This document shows positions 20,949 through 32,136 of a stretch of DNA of 64,000 nt, in pieces. Every line of letters starts with the position of its first letter. Position 1 is the first letter of the stretch. The translations under genes were made by a program, and so were the position numbers. The stretch lies in NCBI GenBank assembly GCA_000091205.1, contig AP006492.2; one strand, given 5' to 3'. The DNA is from Cyanidioschyzon merolae. Taxonomy: Eukaryota. Below the pieces are notes generated by a model, which searched no databases, had not been told where the DNA came from, and saw only the letters and a program-made list of their open reading frames with translations.

Positions 20949-23363
20949 ATGACGTCTGAGAAAAGCGCAACTGGTGCGGCTGACCGAGCCCGCGCGTCGC
21001 TGCCACAGCTGCTCCACCAAGCCAAAAGTCTCCGAGCTGCAACCGGTGAAGCGGAGCGCGTATCCGAGCAACAGCTCCAAGAGCAGTTAGCAATATTCTA
21101 CGAGCAAGTTCCGAAAGATTTCGCTCGAGTTCAAGAGGCGTTGCGGCTCCTCCTCCAAAGTCGGAGCGAGTTCTTCGCACTGCTTACTTTAGCCAAAACA
21201 CAGGCAGAACGTTTATTCTCGGACACGACGGAGCTGCGACGGTTCGATGGACACTTGCGCAAGGTAGAAACGGCGTTGAAACTAGTGGAAGACTTGTTGG
21301 CCCTCCGGCAGACAGCACAGACGCTGCAGAAGCTCCTTCAAGCGCCGGACGTTGATACTGAGCGAGCAGCTGCGCTTATCGCCGAGTTTCACGTTCGCTT
21401 GCAGCAGTCTGCGTTCCATTCTCAAATGGACCTCTTCGGTTCCGCTGAAGTAGCTGCACTACAGCAGCAAGTCGAAGAAGCTCGACATCAACTGCGTGCG
21501 CTCGTTGTGTATCAAGCTGAACAGGTACTCAGCAGCGCAGCTTCAGCACCAGAGGTGCCTGCGACATCCGAGCACCCAATGCAGGCTCACATCATGCGTC
21601 TGCATGCGCTGGGATATGTAGACGACGCTCGACGGCTGCTGGTACAGCACACCAAAGCGCAGGCACTCTCTCGCATGAGCCAAAGGACGGCATCAGCGCT
21701 TGAACCAGAGACAGCGCACTTGGAGGAACTGACCGCGCTCTACGAGGCGATTGCGGAGACCATCGCGTATACGGAGCGTTCCGCGCAACGCTTCGATTCG
21801 GATGATGGAAAAGTCATTCTTGCCCTAGAAGAACTAGCGAATGAACGAGGGGCTGAAATACTACAGCGTTTCTGCGATGCAACCAAGCTCGCCGAACGAT
21901 GCCGTCAGCTGAACCGCCGTCGAGAGGCGAATGTCAAAGCAGCAACGGAGTCTGTGTATCGCTCACATGCGGGTCCTGTTTTCGATATAGAGTACGCACC
22001 GCTGAGCAATATGGCTGCAATCGGGGACTCACGAACCGGAGCTACCGCGCATGATTTTGATATGACTCGGGAGCAAAGCGAAACGAATGAACTTGAAGCG
22101 CTTCTGGAACAGATTGTGGTCATGAGCCGTCGCACGGCCATGTTTCGCCATTTCATGATGACTCGTCTGGGACTCGGAAATGATTTTGAACAGGAGCGTC
22201 GGCGTGAGGGTGCTCTTTACCTCAAAATGCAGGAGGTCATGGGGATGTACGTGCTTCTGGAGCGGGCTCTCCTGGACAGCGAATGGAAGCTTGCGCAACG
22301 CCTGGAAGCGCTACCCGCCTCGGGGTCTGCCGGTGAGCCTCCAGCAGCCTCGTCGGAGACAGTCTCACGAGCGATCGACTACACGTTCTACGCGATCAAA
22401 CGCATCATCGGTCGATCGTTGCAGGCATTCGATCCGGACGCTTTGTGTGCATCGCTGAACCACGTGCAGGCGCTGCTCGCCGGACCGCTCCTTGAACATC
22501 TTCGCCGAAGCCTTCCAACGCATGCCGCGTTGCCCAGTGTCTTCCCGTCGGCGCAAATGGTGTTCGGATCCAGTTTCAGAGCTGAAGCACTTGAAGGTTT
22601 GATCAAGGTGGCGAATGATGCACGCACCAGCGGAAGCTACCTGCGACACTTGGTAACAGTCAGTGTGTCTCGGGGACTAGCGGAACAGCAGCTGCCCCGC
22701 TCGGCGGCGCTAACAGCAATCATTTCTGATTTAGAAACGACCATCGAGGAGTTACGATGCGTAGCGAGTCAAGGTGTCCGACGAATCTTTCAGACACTCG
22801 TTTCAAATGTTCTGGAGCAAGCTGCGACACACGCTGAGCGCCTACTTCTGGGCGCTTCGCCGACTTCTGGAGCATCCAATGGCTCGCCGTATCTCGTCTC
22901 CGAATCCAGCTTTCAACCAGGCCCGAGTGCTTTTGTTACCGAACTATTCGAGCAGATGTACCGTGGCGGCTTGGACAGGATCCTCGCGCAGTTAGAGCCC
23001 GAAAACACCGCTGAACTTGTCTGCCTCGTTTCCGAATGGACACGGGATCGTCTGGATCAGGCGATACGAAGCCGTTCGCTGTCCATGAATGCGCTGGGCG
23101 GTCTCATATTCGATGCCGATGTGCGTTACCTAGTGAACCGATTCGCGGGCCTGGTGCTAGAGACCCAGCGCGCCAATATACGCGCTATTTTTCGGCCGCT
23201 CTTCCACATGGCGTTGGTGTTGACAGTTGATCGACCCGCCGAAGTCCTAGATCTCTGGGAACAAATTCGAGAGACGCAGATTCCGGACCGTGTCCGACAA
23301 CTTCTACGGATGCGGGTTGAATTTCGTGCAGAAACTATCGCGTCTCTAGAGCTCCCGACGTAA
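20949..23363 (+). CDS. Large alpha-helical protein, probably conserved oligomeric Golgi complex subunit 4 (COG4)-like
   Basis: The C-terminal block 'FDADVRYLVNRFAGL...IRAIFRPLFHMALVLTVDRPAEVLDLWEQ...IPDRVRQLLRMRVEFRAETIASLELP' parallels the COG4 C-terminus as recalled ('...ATILNLERVTEILDYWG...[26 protein letters not shown]'). The rest is predicted helical, typical of CATCHR tethering subunits. The start was placed at the internal ATG at 20949; the upstream 76 codons of the track ORF look non-coding. The family assignment is from memory and tentative. Confidence 0.45.
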   Translation: MTSEKSATGAADRARASLPQLLHQAKSLRAATGEAERVSEQQLQEQLAIFYEQVPKDFARVQEALRLLLQSRSEFFALLTLAKTQAERLFSDTTELRRFDGHLRKVETALKLVEDLLALRQTAQTLQKLLQAPDVDTERAAALIAEFHVRLQQSAFHSQMDLFGSAEVAALQQQVEEARHQLRALVVYQAEQVLSSAASAPEVPATSEHPMQAHIMRLHALGYVDDARRLLVQHTKAQALSRMSQRTASALEPETAHLEELTALYEAIAETIAYTERSAQRFDSDDGKVILALEELANERGAEILQRFCDATKLAERCRQLNRRREANVKAATESVYRSHAGPVFDIEYAPLSNMAAIGDSRTGATAHDFDMTREQSETNELEALLEQIVVMSRRTAMFRHFMMTRLGLGNDFEQERRREGALYLKMQEVMGMYVLLERALLDSEWKLAQRLEALPASGSAGEPPAASSETVSRAIDYTFYAIKRIIGRSLQAFDPDALCASLNHVQALLAGPLLEHLRRSLPTHAALPSVFPSAQMVFGSSFRAEALEGLIKVANDARTSGSYLRHLVTVSVSRGLAEQQLPRSAALTAIISDLETTIEELRCVASQGVRRIFQTLVSNVLEQAATHAERLLLGASPTSGASNGSPYLVSESSFQPGPSAFVTELFEQMYRGGLDRILAQLEPENTAELVCLVSEWTRDRLDQAIRSRSLSMNALGGLIFDADVRYLVNRFAGLVLETQRANIRAIFRPLFHMALVLTVDRPAEVLDLWEQIRETQIPDRVRQLLRMRVEFRAETIASLELPT

Positions 23364-25050
23364 ACCAAGAGGCTACAGTGCGTTGCGAATGCATGGCTTA
23401 CGGGCGCATGCTCCACTGGTACTATCCTTGGCGAAGCTCGTTTTCAGCGATTCCATGGCCACTAGTCGACGCGGTGGTATCGAATATGTGGCAAGTGCCG
23501 AGACACACGACAAGAAACACGACCATTGGGAAACGCGTTCGGCAGACGCGAGCCTTTCCTGGCAATCACCCACGGGCACCGTTTCGACAGACGTGTTGGA
23601 GACGACGTCGGGTGTCGACCGTGTCGGTGTGCGGGCTAGCGACGTCCGAAGCAGCAACACGCTTTTTAGCGGACAGTCAGTTTTTGTTCATGGGCATTGC
23701 AGGCGCTGTGCGGTGGTATGTTCATGGGCCTCGCTGAGACGCAACGTCGATCCCGAATCGATGCCTGGTGTCTGGAATGAGGCTTCAACTCGTGCGTTCA
23801 CTAGACAGGTTTCGATATGCTCCAAAAGTGATATTCTACATGCTCGATATGATCTAGAGAACAGCGTACGTTGAAGATGCCTCGTATCACGAGTACATCT
23901 GCAACACACTTGGAATGTATTGCAGCTTTGTGATTCATTCAAAACACGGTCAGCAAAGCGAGAAAAGATTTCACGACTACGGAGTGTATATACACATCCA
24001 CTCGCAGACGCCTCTCAGGTTTTTTTGAACGGCCGCCTGTTATCGGTATCAGTTTATCCTTTTGCAGATTGAGAGCCTCAGACGCTAATCTACACAGATG
24101 GATCGCGTCAGCTCAGCGGGTCTCGGCTTCAACAACGCACAACATCTGATACGAAAGGCAGTGTTGAATTCTCGGTTCATGAACTCCATGCGTCTATTAC
24201 TTCTGATGGAACTCACCGTTTCAAGGAATCCTCGAACTCGTGCCCTCTGTGCCGTTTGTTGCAGAGTCAGCTCTCAGAACTTTTCGATCGCCAAAGCGCG
24301 CCGATGTCTTCTCTTCATCTCGACTTTTTGAAGTGTACGCCCCGGCGCATCCATTAGGTTTCTTATTTTTGAAAATGAATGCACTTTTTTATGCTCATTG
24401 TGAAAACCTTCCTGGAGCGAGAAGGATTTGCGGAAGAAACACAAAGCAAGGGGAATGGTGAGATGTCACATTGTCCAATCGAAGTTTGTCGGTAGGCTTC
24501 AGGGGAAAAGTCTGCAATGCTTCGAAGAAGTGGTTGTTGCTGCTGTATAAGCCTTCTGGACGCGCGAAACTTAGGCTGCCAGATGAGTCCACTGCAGCTA
24601 GAACAGATGATGATGTCGTCGCTCTCCACGAATTCGATCGCATATACAACGGATTCCTTCTCCGCGAATACCCATATACGCTCCGACCGTTTCGTCTGGA
24701 GCAAATCTCATCAACTGAGAAAAAAAACGACGTCCCTGTGCTTCATACGGATGGCGACGTTCGAGGAACGTCAAAGCACCGATTTCCGTCCAAGATGGCC
24801 GTGGGTAAACTAGGAATCTTTTTTCGCGACTGAATCCCAACGTACTCAGGCCCGCACAAACGAGCTGTTTGAAAACCTAGGCCGGAGTAGAGCATCAGTC
24901 CTCTTTTTCAACCTTCCAAGGTAGATGAAGAGCTACGTTTCGTGGATGGCGTCGATCCCGAGCTGAAGGACCTGATCGCCGTCACCCTAGATGTATGTAA
25001 AATAGATGGTGGTAATGACGCTCAGTCAAGCAGATGAAACTGCTCAACTG

Positions 25051-25175
25051 TCCCAGGGTTCTATATTATCGAGAGCCGGGCATGACAGACGCCAGGAGGC
25101 ATTGCAACAAGTGGAACGACAGCGTCAGAGCCCTTCTCGACACCCTGAGCGCCGTATTGAGCAGAGTCTGATGCT
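25051..25175 (+). repeat. Dispersed repeat, copy A (~125 bp), related to copy B at 63656..63785
   Basis: Core 'tattatcgagagccgggcatgacagacgccaggaggcat' matches 63670-63710 'tattatcgagattcgggtatgacagacgccaggaggtat' at 35/39. The flanks still align at ~70%, e.g. gacagcgtcagagccc / gactgcgccagaatcccc and gagcagagtctgatgc / gagcagagcgacatgc. Both copies are in the same orientation. Confidence 0.8.
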
Positions 25176-26337
25176 TTGAATGCTTCTCTCAGAGAGTACA
25201 TGAGAACGCGCTGGGCAGTCAGCAACAATTTCGGGAATACAAAGGCAAGAAACTCGCCTTCACCAACTGTCTCAATGAGTTGGAAAAGGAAACGACCGAT
25301 AGGTCGGCTCGTTTCGAAGCAGGTTATAGCGCAAACAGTGCTATAGCCGACAGGAGCTGCACTGCTGCTCTTTCGAAAAGAGCGTACAACGAATGCTGGA
25401 ATCGATGCTATTCGATACGTTCAGGACAACATATTAGCATCAAGAGCACTCGTACGAGTTGAAGCTTGTAGAGCAGCAGCGCATGAGACAGCATCGGAAG
25501 CACGCGATATTGCATGGTACGCTAACCGATCGTCATATGGAAAGGCACTCGATATTGAGAAGCACTTTGTGGAATGATCCCAGCAGCCATAATGCGGGTA
25601 AGCGCTTTCCGAACCAGGAAATCAAAGCGTCAATCGACATCCGGGTCATGTATCGCGCCGTGGAAACTTGCATCGCCTTTGCATCGAGCGAACTCTCCAG
25701 GAAATCGTTGAATTTCAGTATTCGCTTCGTCCTGAAACGCTGAAGACTTTCGATGAAACAATATCAGCGACCAGAAGAGAGGCGGTATCGCATTCCCATC
25801 TGGATCAAGGCAATCGTATGGTACGATCCATCAATCCAGAACGTCTGGATTGCCAGACACCTGCACCGGTAACGATTTTCCTGGGCAATGAATACACCAT
25901 AATGTTATTGCAATACTCGATACGACGAAGCATACTAGATATGATGACGGCACTGCTTGAGATTCACAGCTATGAACCACAACGCGTAGCACGAGACTTC
26001 AGCTACCCAGTCTCTCGAAAACGAAAAATTCCAACTCGACAACTTGGAGCATCGACCTCCTGCAGGGCATATCCGGAATGGACTCGGACGCGTAGTCCCC
26101 AAGCGCCCGCCAGCACGGTCATGACATTTCGTACATCACGAGTGCCGATGCAGTCGCGCGTTCCAGGGTCCTGCTGATCAACACGTGCGCTGCATACCAC
26201 GAAGCGCAACTGTACGCCAAACTGAAAGCATTGTCACCATTGCGCCGTAATAAAATAAATGAGTTTCCTGCTGCATTCCGGGTGATGTATCTAAAACTCA
26301 CTGCCTCCGCAGCTGCTTCTAATACCCACTTGCTGGA

Positions 26338-27018
26338 CTATCGCAGGTCATCGGACGACGCGGGTACCGCGTCGAAACTGGCGGCTGTAGGAGCCACCGC
26401 AACCCCATGCGGCGTCGACTCGGAGCACGCTGACGCCAGTGCCTCGAGTTCAGCTCGTACACCGAATACCAATTCATCCACATGTTCATCTCGGACACCG
26501 ATTTCATCAAGACTTTCCTTTAAGCGGAATAAATAGGTCGCGTTATCACCGGATGGACCACGAGCGCGGGCAATAATACGACAAAGAACGGGTATCTGCC
26601 GCTCGTCCGCGGCTCGCACAAAATGCGGGTTATCCTCTCGAGCGATATAGACTAGAGCATGCTTCGTTATCTGCTCAGCGCTACGCGCATCATACACAGG
26701 TAAAGCGAGTCGAGAGTATCCTTGTTTCTCTCGTTCGTCCAGGTACGCCAGAACGTCAGCGGCCGCTTCGTTATCGACGCGGTACGCGCGGCCGTAGCAG
26801 CGCTCTCCTGGCTGCTCTGCTAGCACCAGCGTCGCAACGCGTCCCGGGTACGATTCCGTACCCCGGTGGTCCGTCGAGTGCTGCCAGAATCGTCTCCTCC
26901 AACCGGTTATGAACGCATCCCGACACTCCTCGAACGGAATGTCTGGCTTCCAGATCAGACTCCCAAACCCGAAAACCCAAAAGTCAGCACCGTCCCCAGT
27001 GCCGAGCGTCACGTTCAT
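26338..27018 (-). CDS. CHAC: ChaC-family gamma-glutamylcyclotransferase (glutathione-specific)
   Basis: 'FWVFGFGSLIWKPDIPFEE...ITGWRRRFWQHSTDHRGTESYPGRVATLV...CYGRAYRV' follows the ChaC/GGCT signature (W.FGYGSL.W...........G..R.F.Q.S.DHRGT...PGRV.TL....G..C.G.AY.V). Confidence 0.75.
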   Translation of the reverse strand: MNVTLGTGDGADFWVFGFGSLIWKPDIPFEECRDAFITGWRRRFWQHSTDHRGTESYPGRVATLVLAEQPGERCYGRAYRVDNEAAADVLAYLDEREKQGYSRLALPVYDARSAEQITKHALVYIAREDNPHFVRAADERQIPVLCRIIARARGPSGDNATYLFRLKESLDEIGVRDEHVDELVFGVRAELEALASACSESTPHGVAVAPTAASFDAVPASSDDLR

Positions 27019-27342
27019 AGCCGTCCTACGAGGTGCCTGTACCTACGTTGCTATGCAGCGCATTCGCTTGCTCTTGGTACGCACAGGGCGTGCCTGCAGC
27101 ATGTCCAACGTACTGTCCAATCATATCCAGTTTAAACCATAAATATCCACTCATAAGTATTCTTGTACAAGCTGCCTCATGGATCCATCGCATTGCTGCG
27201 CAGCCGCGCCAGAAGAGGCCGATTCGCGCCCTGCGCCTCAACGTACCGCATCCGCTTCATGCAACAGCGCGTTATAGGTAACGCTGCGCGCTATCGTTTG
27301 CTGCGGCGTTGCAGGTAGGCTCGTCACATCGGTTCTGCCCGG

Positions 27343-28185
27343 ATGATAACCGGTGAAACCGAACCTGCCTGTGTGGAGGATGCGAGTCAGCTGGCGGAGC
27401 AACGTAACGGGGCACCGGTGATGGAAGCCGGCTGCGCTGCCGTACCCGTGGAAGCCAACGCTACCAAGCGAGGGTACTGGCGCCAGCGGACCCTTCACTC
27501 GTGGTTTATAGGCCGAAAACCACAGCGAACCTGTATAGCTGTCGATATTGATGAAGTGCTGGCGTTTTTTGTACCGGAACTCTGTGCTTTTCATAACAAG
27601 CGGTACGGAACGCGGCTGCAAGCCACTGATTTCCACAGTTATCGCTTTGCGGAGGTCTGGGGCGGTACCGACACGGACGCGATTCGAAAAGTGCACGAGT
27701 TTTTTCGCACGCCTGCGTTTCAGGAGCTCCAGCCGATACCAGGTGCAAAGCAGGTCCTTCAGTCGCGGCTGGCTCGCTTTCGCTTCGTCGTGGTGACCTC
27801 TCGTCAGTTGGTGATTGAGCAAGAAACGCGCGCATGGTTAGACAAGCACTTTAGCGGTATTTTTGAAGCAATCTACCTTGGTAATCAATGGGCGCTACAC
27901 CCCAATGGTGAACACGGTACCGGAGTCGGTAGCGCTGCACAGGAACCGCAGCGTCTCTTTGCGAACAGGCGCCGCAAGTCCCAAGTCTGTAAGGCCTGCG
28001 GCGCGGCCGTCTTAATCGACGACTTGCCCCACAATCTGCTGGATTGCTCGGAAAATGGTGTGTTTGGTGTTCTTTTTGACTTTCAGGGGCAGTACGGATG
28101 GAGTAAATCTCCTGCATTCGAGTCAAAGGATATCGCCGTTGTGCATTCATGGGAAGCGGTAGGAGAGCTCCTTGACCGGCTCTAG
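27343..28185 (+). CDS. HAD-superfamily hydrolase, 5'(3')-deoxyribonucleotidase (NT5C)-like
   Basis: Motif I is 'IAVDIDEVLA' (DxDxV/T). There is a downstream 'VVVTSR' (motif II Ser/Thr) and an acidic 'AVLIDDLPHN' (motif IV). The layout resembles NT5C-type small HAD nucleotidases. It is transcribed divergently from the ChaC gene across a 324-bp intergenic spacer. Confidence 0.45.
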   Translation: MITGETEPACVEDASQLAEQRNGAPVMEAGCAAVPVEANATKRGYWRQRTLHSWFIGRKPQRTCIAVDIDEVLAFFVPELCAFHNKRYGTRLQATDFHSYRFAEVWGGTDTDAIRKVHEFFRTPAFQELQPIPGAKQVLQSRLARFRFVVVTSRQLVIEQETRAWLDKHFSGIFEAIYLGNQWALHPNGEHGTGVGSAAQEPQRLFANRRRKSQVCKACGAAVLIDDLPHNLLDCSENGVFGVLFDFQGQYGWSKSPAFESKDIAVVHSWEAVGELLDRL

Positions 28186-29105
28186 GTTGTGAGGGAATGA
28201 TCAAGGTCCCTAGTTCGCTATGCAGCTTGTACTCGGGACACTCTTGGGCCGAGTGCTGTTTGAAATAGTGCGGTTGCGACGTGTAACGCGACGTGTCTGC
28301 AATGTACAGCATAGATGGCTTTCGCACCAGGTAATTTTATGGTGCAGATTCGATGAAGTCTCTCATGCTCGCGCGACCTAGGTCATGAAGCGTCATACAG
28401 GATGTGCGAGTCTTTCTATTTAATTAGAGATTATCCATTGATGCTTGAACATAGCCAGAGCAGCGAATGCGCGGAGAGTCCGGCAGCAGCGACACGGTCG
28501 TCGTCGCATACATAGACTTGTCAAAATGTCGATTCTGTTTCTAGACGCCTTGTGCACCAAGCCTTGCTCTTGGTCGATATAGGACGAGTGTACTGGACCG
28601 AGGTCCGCATCGGCGCAGTGAAGCCGCACGAACATCGGCCGGACGAGCCGCTTTGAGGACGTCCAGCCTGACGAGTACCTATCCATCTTCGTAACAGCGG
28701 TTCCCGGCGTAGAGCGTTGTTCATTAATGAGCACCATGACGCTCCGTTCAGGAAAAGGGAGCATATGCGACGTAGACGACGATATCTGTGAGTGTAGTCT
28801 TGGATAAAACGAACCGTGCTAATGGACCGGCATGGTAAATCGAGTGTTTGTCAAAAATTTGTTTATTGCTGTCGAGCAGCGAATTCTAGAGCCATCCGTT
28901 GTCACATTTTAAGAAGCAAATGAAATTCTGATCAATAAGAAGCGAGGCCTTCCAATGGATGCGCGATGGACTTTTGCTCCGATTTGTTTTCGTCGGCAGC
29001 AGGATCGTTTCCATGAACCAGGGATTCCAGATGAAGCGATTACGACCGACATCCGGGGAGCGGGGCATCCACCATTCCGCACCATATCTTCAATTGGGAC
29101 CAGTG

Positions 29106-29180
29106 ACCGCCGCTGCCACCACCACGACCATCATCATTACTACTACCACTACCACTACTACCATCCATACTTCCATTCGA
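29106..29180. repeat. Imperfect trinucleotide repeat (CCA/CTA/CAT)n
   Basis: Direct read: ccgccgctgccaccaccacgaccatcatcattactactaccactaccactactaccatccat. Both strands translate as low-complexity His/Tyr/Thr runs. It is not part of any supported gene. Confidence 0.85.
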
Positions 29181-30236
29181 ACTACGGCGCTGCGGACAGT
29201 GTGCGCTCAGGGGATCATTCGGATTGCGCAGCGGCTCCTCCATGTAGGTCATCGATGTTGTGGTCTAAAATGCACGATGCCACGTTCTCGATGATCTGGC
29301 ATCCATGCATCCAGTCAGATGTACCCCGGTGCTGTGCAAACGCGACCAGCAACAGGAGCAGAGCGCTCAGCTCACACGCATCTCTTTCTGCGCTCTTTTT
29401 CGAGTCCAGAACAGTGCACTCCTCCAAAATAGAGACTCGACAAACTCAGCGAAGTTCTTGATGAACAACTTAACACAGCATCGCGGTTGCGTTTTATATT
29501 ACAGGCCGTCCCTTCTTCATAGACACTCGATAGATCCAGCAGGCTTCCGCGAGTGCAGCGTAACACGGTGTTGCAGTTGCGTCCACGTTACATGGAAGTA
29601 ACCGACGAGAGGTACCGCGCCCCGTTCGACCAACTGACCCGTTCAGACGTACCACATTTTTCTGCGTAGGCATGGTTGCCACGGACGCAAGGGCCATGTT
29701 CACGGACAAAGTGTATGATACACAAACCAAAATCCCGCTTCCGCGTCTCGAAGACGGGAACAAGCGTCTCGATGCTGACTAGCGTCTCAGCGGCCGATAC
29801 AGCATGCGGATGCGAGCAATGCGACCGCCACCGATACAAACTAGCACCGGTTGTTTGCTCTGCAAACACGTGTCCGGGTCAAGGCGATGGCCCTTCGTGC
29901 AAAATTTCACATAGGCGGCTAGCCTTGCAAGAGGATACGAAAAGACACTCGCATGAGGCTGCAGCCTCAACGTCCATTCCAGAGCGACACGACATCACGC
30001 CTCGCAAAAGGAAACGCGCACCACTACTGCTGCGTCATGACGACGGGTCCTGCACCCGTGCATGCTCCAAAGCTTGGATTTGGACGTTCGATACCTCTTC
30101 AGATAGCGAAAAGCAACAACAGTAGCTATGATTCATTGTCGATGGGGTTGCAATGGGTCCAACTGCTTGCCATCTCTGAAGGCGCCTCGTCCCCCGAATA
30201 AGCATTGCAGATGGCAGTCGCCAGACGCCAGGTGTT

Positions 30237-31151
30237 TCATGGGCAGCGATCCTCTAGAATCGAGGGAGGTGATGCCTCCCAATCGGATCGAGATACCCAT
30301 AGTTGATGAAAAACGCCGAGCGTTCCACAGAGACTTGCACCCACCCAGGCGGCCGACACACCTGGATGAAACAGCTGCTCATTAGAGGCGTTCACAACTC
30401 GTGGGCGAAAGAGATGTGGGCAGACCTCTCCCAGGGTTTCGTCAAGTCGCTGCACCAGTGCTTGCTCCTCGAGCTGCGATAGGCCATCTCCCGTCACGAT
30501 TACGTTGTAAAAGAGCTCACGACGCACATCAATATCGGCGGCCATAATGGCATCAAACACCAGTCGCGTTAAACGGGGAAAAAGCTTCGCTTCGACTTTC
30601 TTCAGCGGCAGTCTGGTCTCTTCGGCAGTGGACGAGTCTCGCTGAGGCCACGGAAGGCCTACCAGAGGATCGGAACGCAAGCAGTTTAGTAACAAGTAGC
30701 CCTCAAGAACCGGTGCGGCGACTGCCCCGACTCGATCGATGTGCAAGACGAGGGCAGTCTTCCGGGCCCAGGCGAAAGTCGTAGCCACCGCTGAGCGCAT
30801 GAGGTATACGGCAGGCACGTGCAGCGTCTCGAACGCGAAGCGAACGAGTTCTTGGCGGGTCTCCTGCTCCCAGGGTTGCGCAGGCTCCACGAGCAGCAAC
30901 GGTGTTCGTTCGCTGCCCAATGATTCGGACTCGGCGGGCCTATTGTCTTCGGACATGGCTTCTCCAGCGCCGAAGATAGACACCAGTGACCCTCTCCAAG
31001 CGTCCTGGATAGAAGCGAGACTCTCTGGCCCTGTGGTCAGCTCAGGCAGAAGACGAACGCACGATGGACACGCACTACCCGCAAAGCCAGCACGGACCCG
31101 GTCCGAGGTAGTTTCGAGCACCACCGCCGACACGTCGTCGACAGCAGTCAT
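30237..31151 (-). CDS. Divergent short actin-related protein (ARP)
   Basis: N-terminal 'AVVLETTSDRVRAGFAGSACP' matches actin '[21 protein letters not shown]'. 'FETLHVPAVYLMRSAVATTFAWARKTALVLHIDRVGAVAAPVLEGYLL' matches actin '[48 protein letters not shown]'. C-terminal 'LCGTLGVFHQLWVSRSDWEASPPSI' matches actin '[23 protein letters not shown]'. At 304 aa it lacks most of subdomain 4, similar in size to Arp10/Arp11. The start was set at the internal Met 'MTAVDD'. Confidence 0.65.
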   Translation of the reverse strand: MTAVDDVSAVVLETTSDRVRAGFAGSACPSCVRLLPELTTGPESLASIQDAWRGSLVSIFGAGEAMSEDNRPAESESLGSERTPLLLVEPAQPWEQETRQELVRFAFETLHVPAVYLMRSAVATTFAWARKTALVLHIDRVGAVAAPVLEGYLLLNCLRSDPLVGLPWPQRDSSTAEETRLPLKKVEAKLFPRLTRLVFDAIMAADIDVRRELFYNVIVTGDGLSQLEEQALVQRLDETLGEVCPHLFRPRVVNASNEQLFHPGVSAAWVGASLCGTLGVFHQLWVSRSDWEASPPSILEDRCP

Positions 31152-32136
31152 GCCCAAACAGAGAACGTAGATGGAAATGTTGCGTTTGCCAGGCAGTAAG
31201 TGCGCAACCACCCGAGATAAAACCAGGGCGTGACCCGATGCCGTAGACCAGTGGCAGCGCCGGCGAGTACCGCCGTCTCGACTGACAGTCTTGTTCTGTA
31301 AAAGGCCAGGACCCCAGACCAATTAGGCGAAAAGGTGCAGGTAGGGATCAACTTCTAAGGAAGATAGCCACTCGAAACTTTCTGGCTCCACACTGGCTAT
31401 GTCGTACTGATGTATGCCGATAGTTTATGAGGCTTTGCAAGTAGGTTGCACGCAGATTTCAAATGAACTGTGCTCTACCAAGGCACGTCTATAGTTCATG
31501 AAGCGTTACCAGCAAACAGTAGGCACTCTGACTCCAATCTAACTGTCCGACGCTTAGGTACGTATGTGAATCTTGCGTCCTCGCAAGCAGTAGGCACTCC
31601 CTGTGTAGCTGCTGCCAGCTCAAGTCCAGCATATACCACCCAAATAGCGTCCCTGCACGGAAACGCAAACCATACGAAACCTATGCCTCATTGAACGTAT
31701 CTGTCAGTCGAACGACCATGCCTCAGTTGCCTTCGGGCACAGACTCCTGCCCTCCTGAGCACTGGGGAGACACACACACACAGGATCCCTCAAGTCTCTC
31801 ACTTGCGTGCTGCTCTCAGTGCCGCTGCGGCCTCCTGCAACCGTTCCGCCCAACGCGTTCGTTGGTCCCGCTCCAGTCCAGACCAGTAACCCATCGGTCG
31901 ACTTTCTAAAGCAAATCCGTTCCACTATGGTCTTATTCAGCAGTGTTCGTCGCCACTCGTCTGGTGACTAGTGCTGCCGCTACGAACACCCGGGCGACGC
32001 GACGCCTGCGGCTGGAGGCGGAATGCGGCGACAGTGACTTCCCAGTGCCTGCCGCAAAGCTCACTGCTGCAACGCACCCTGAGAGCGTCCAGCGACCTGG
32101 TTACCCAGAACGTTGTGAAGTGAAGGGTAGCTCGAT

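Noticed and set aside
25040-25180. C/D-box snoRNA interpretation of dispersed repeat copy A (CTGA near its 3' end)
   Set aside because: Copy B lacks the CTGA box, and neither copy has a convincing RUGAUGA C-box with terminal stem. No spliceosomal snRNA (U1, U2, U4, U5, U6) consensus was found anywhere in the window either.
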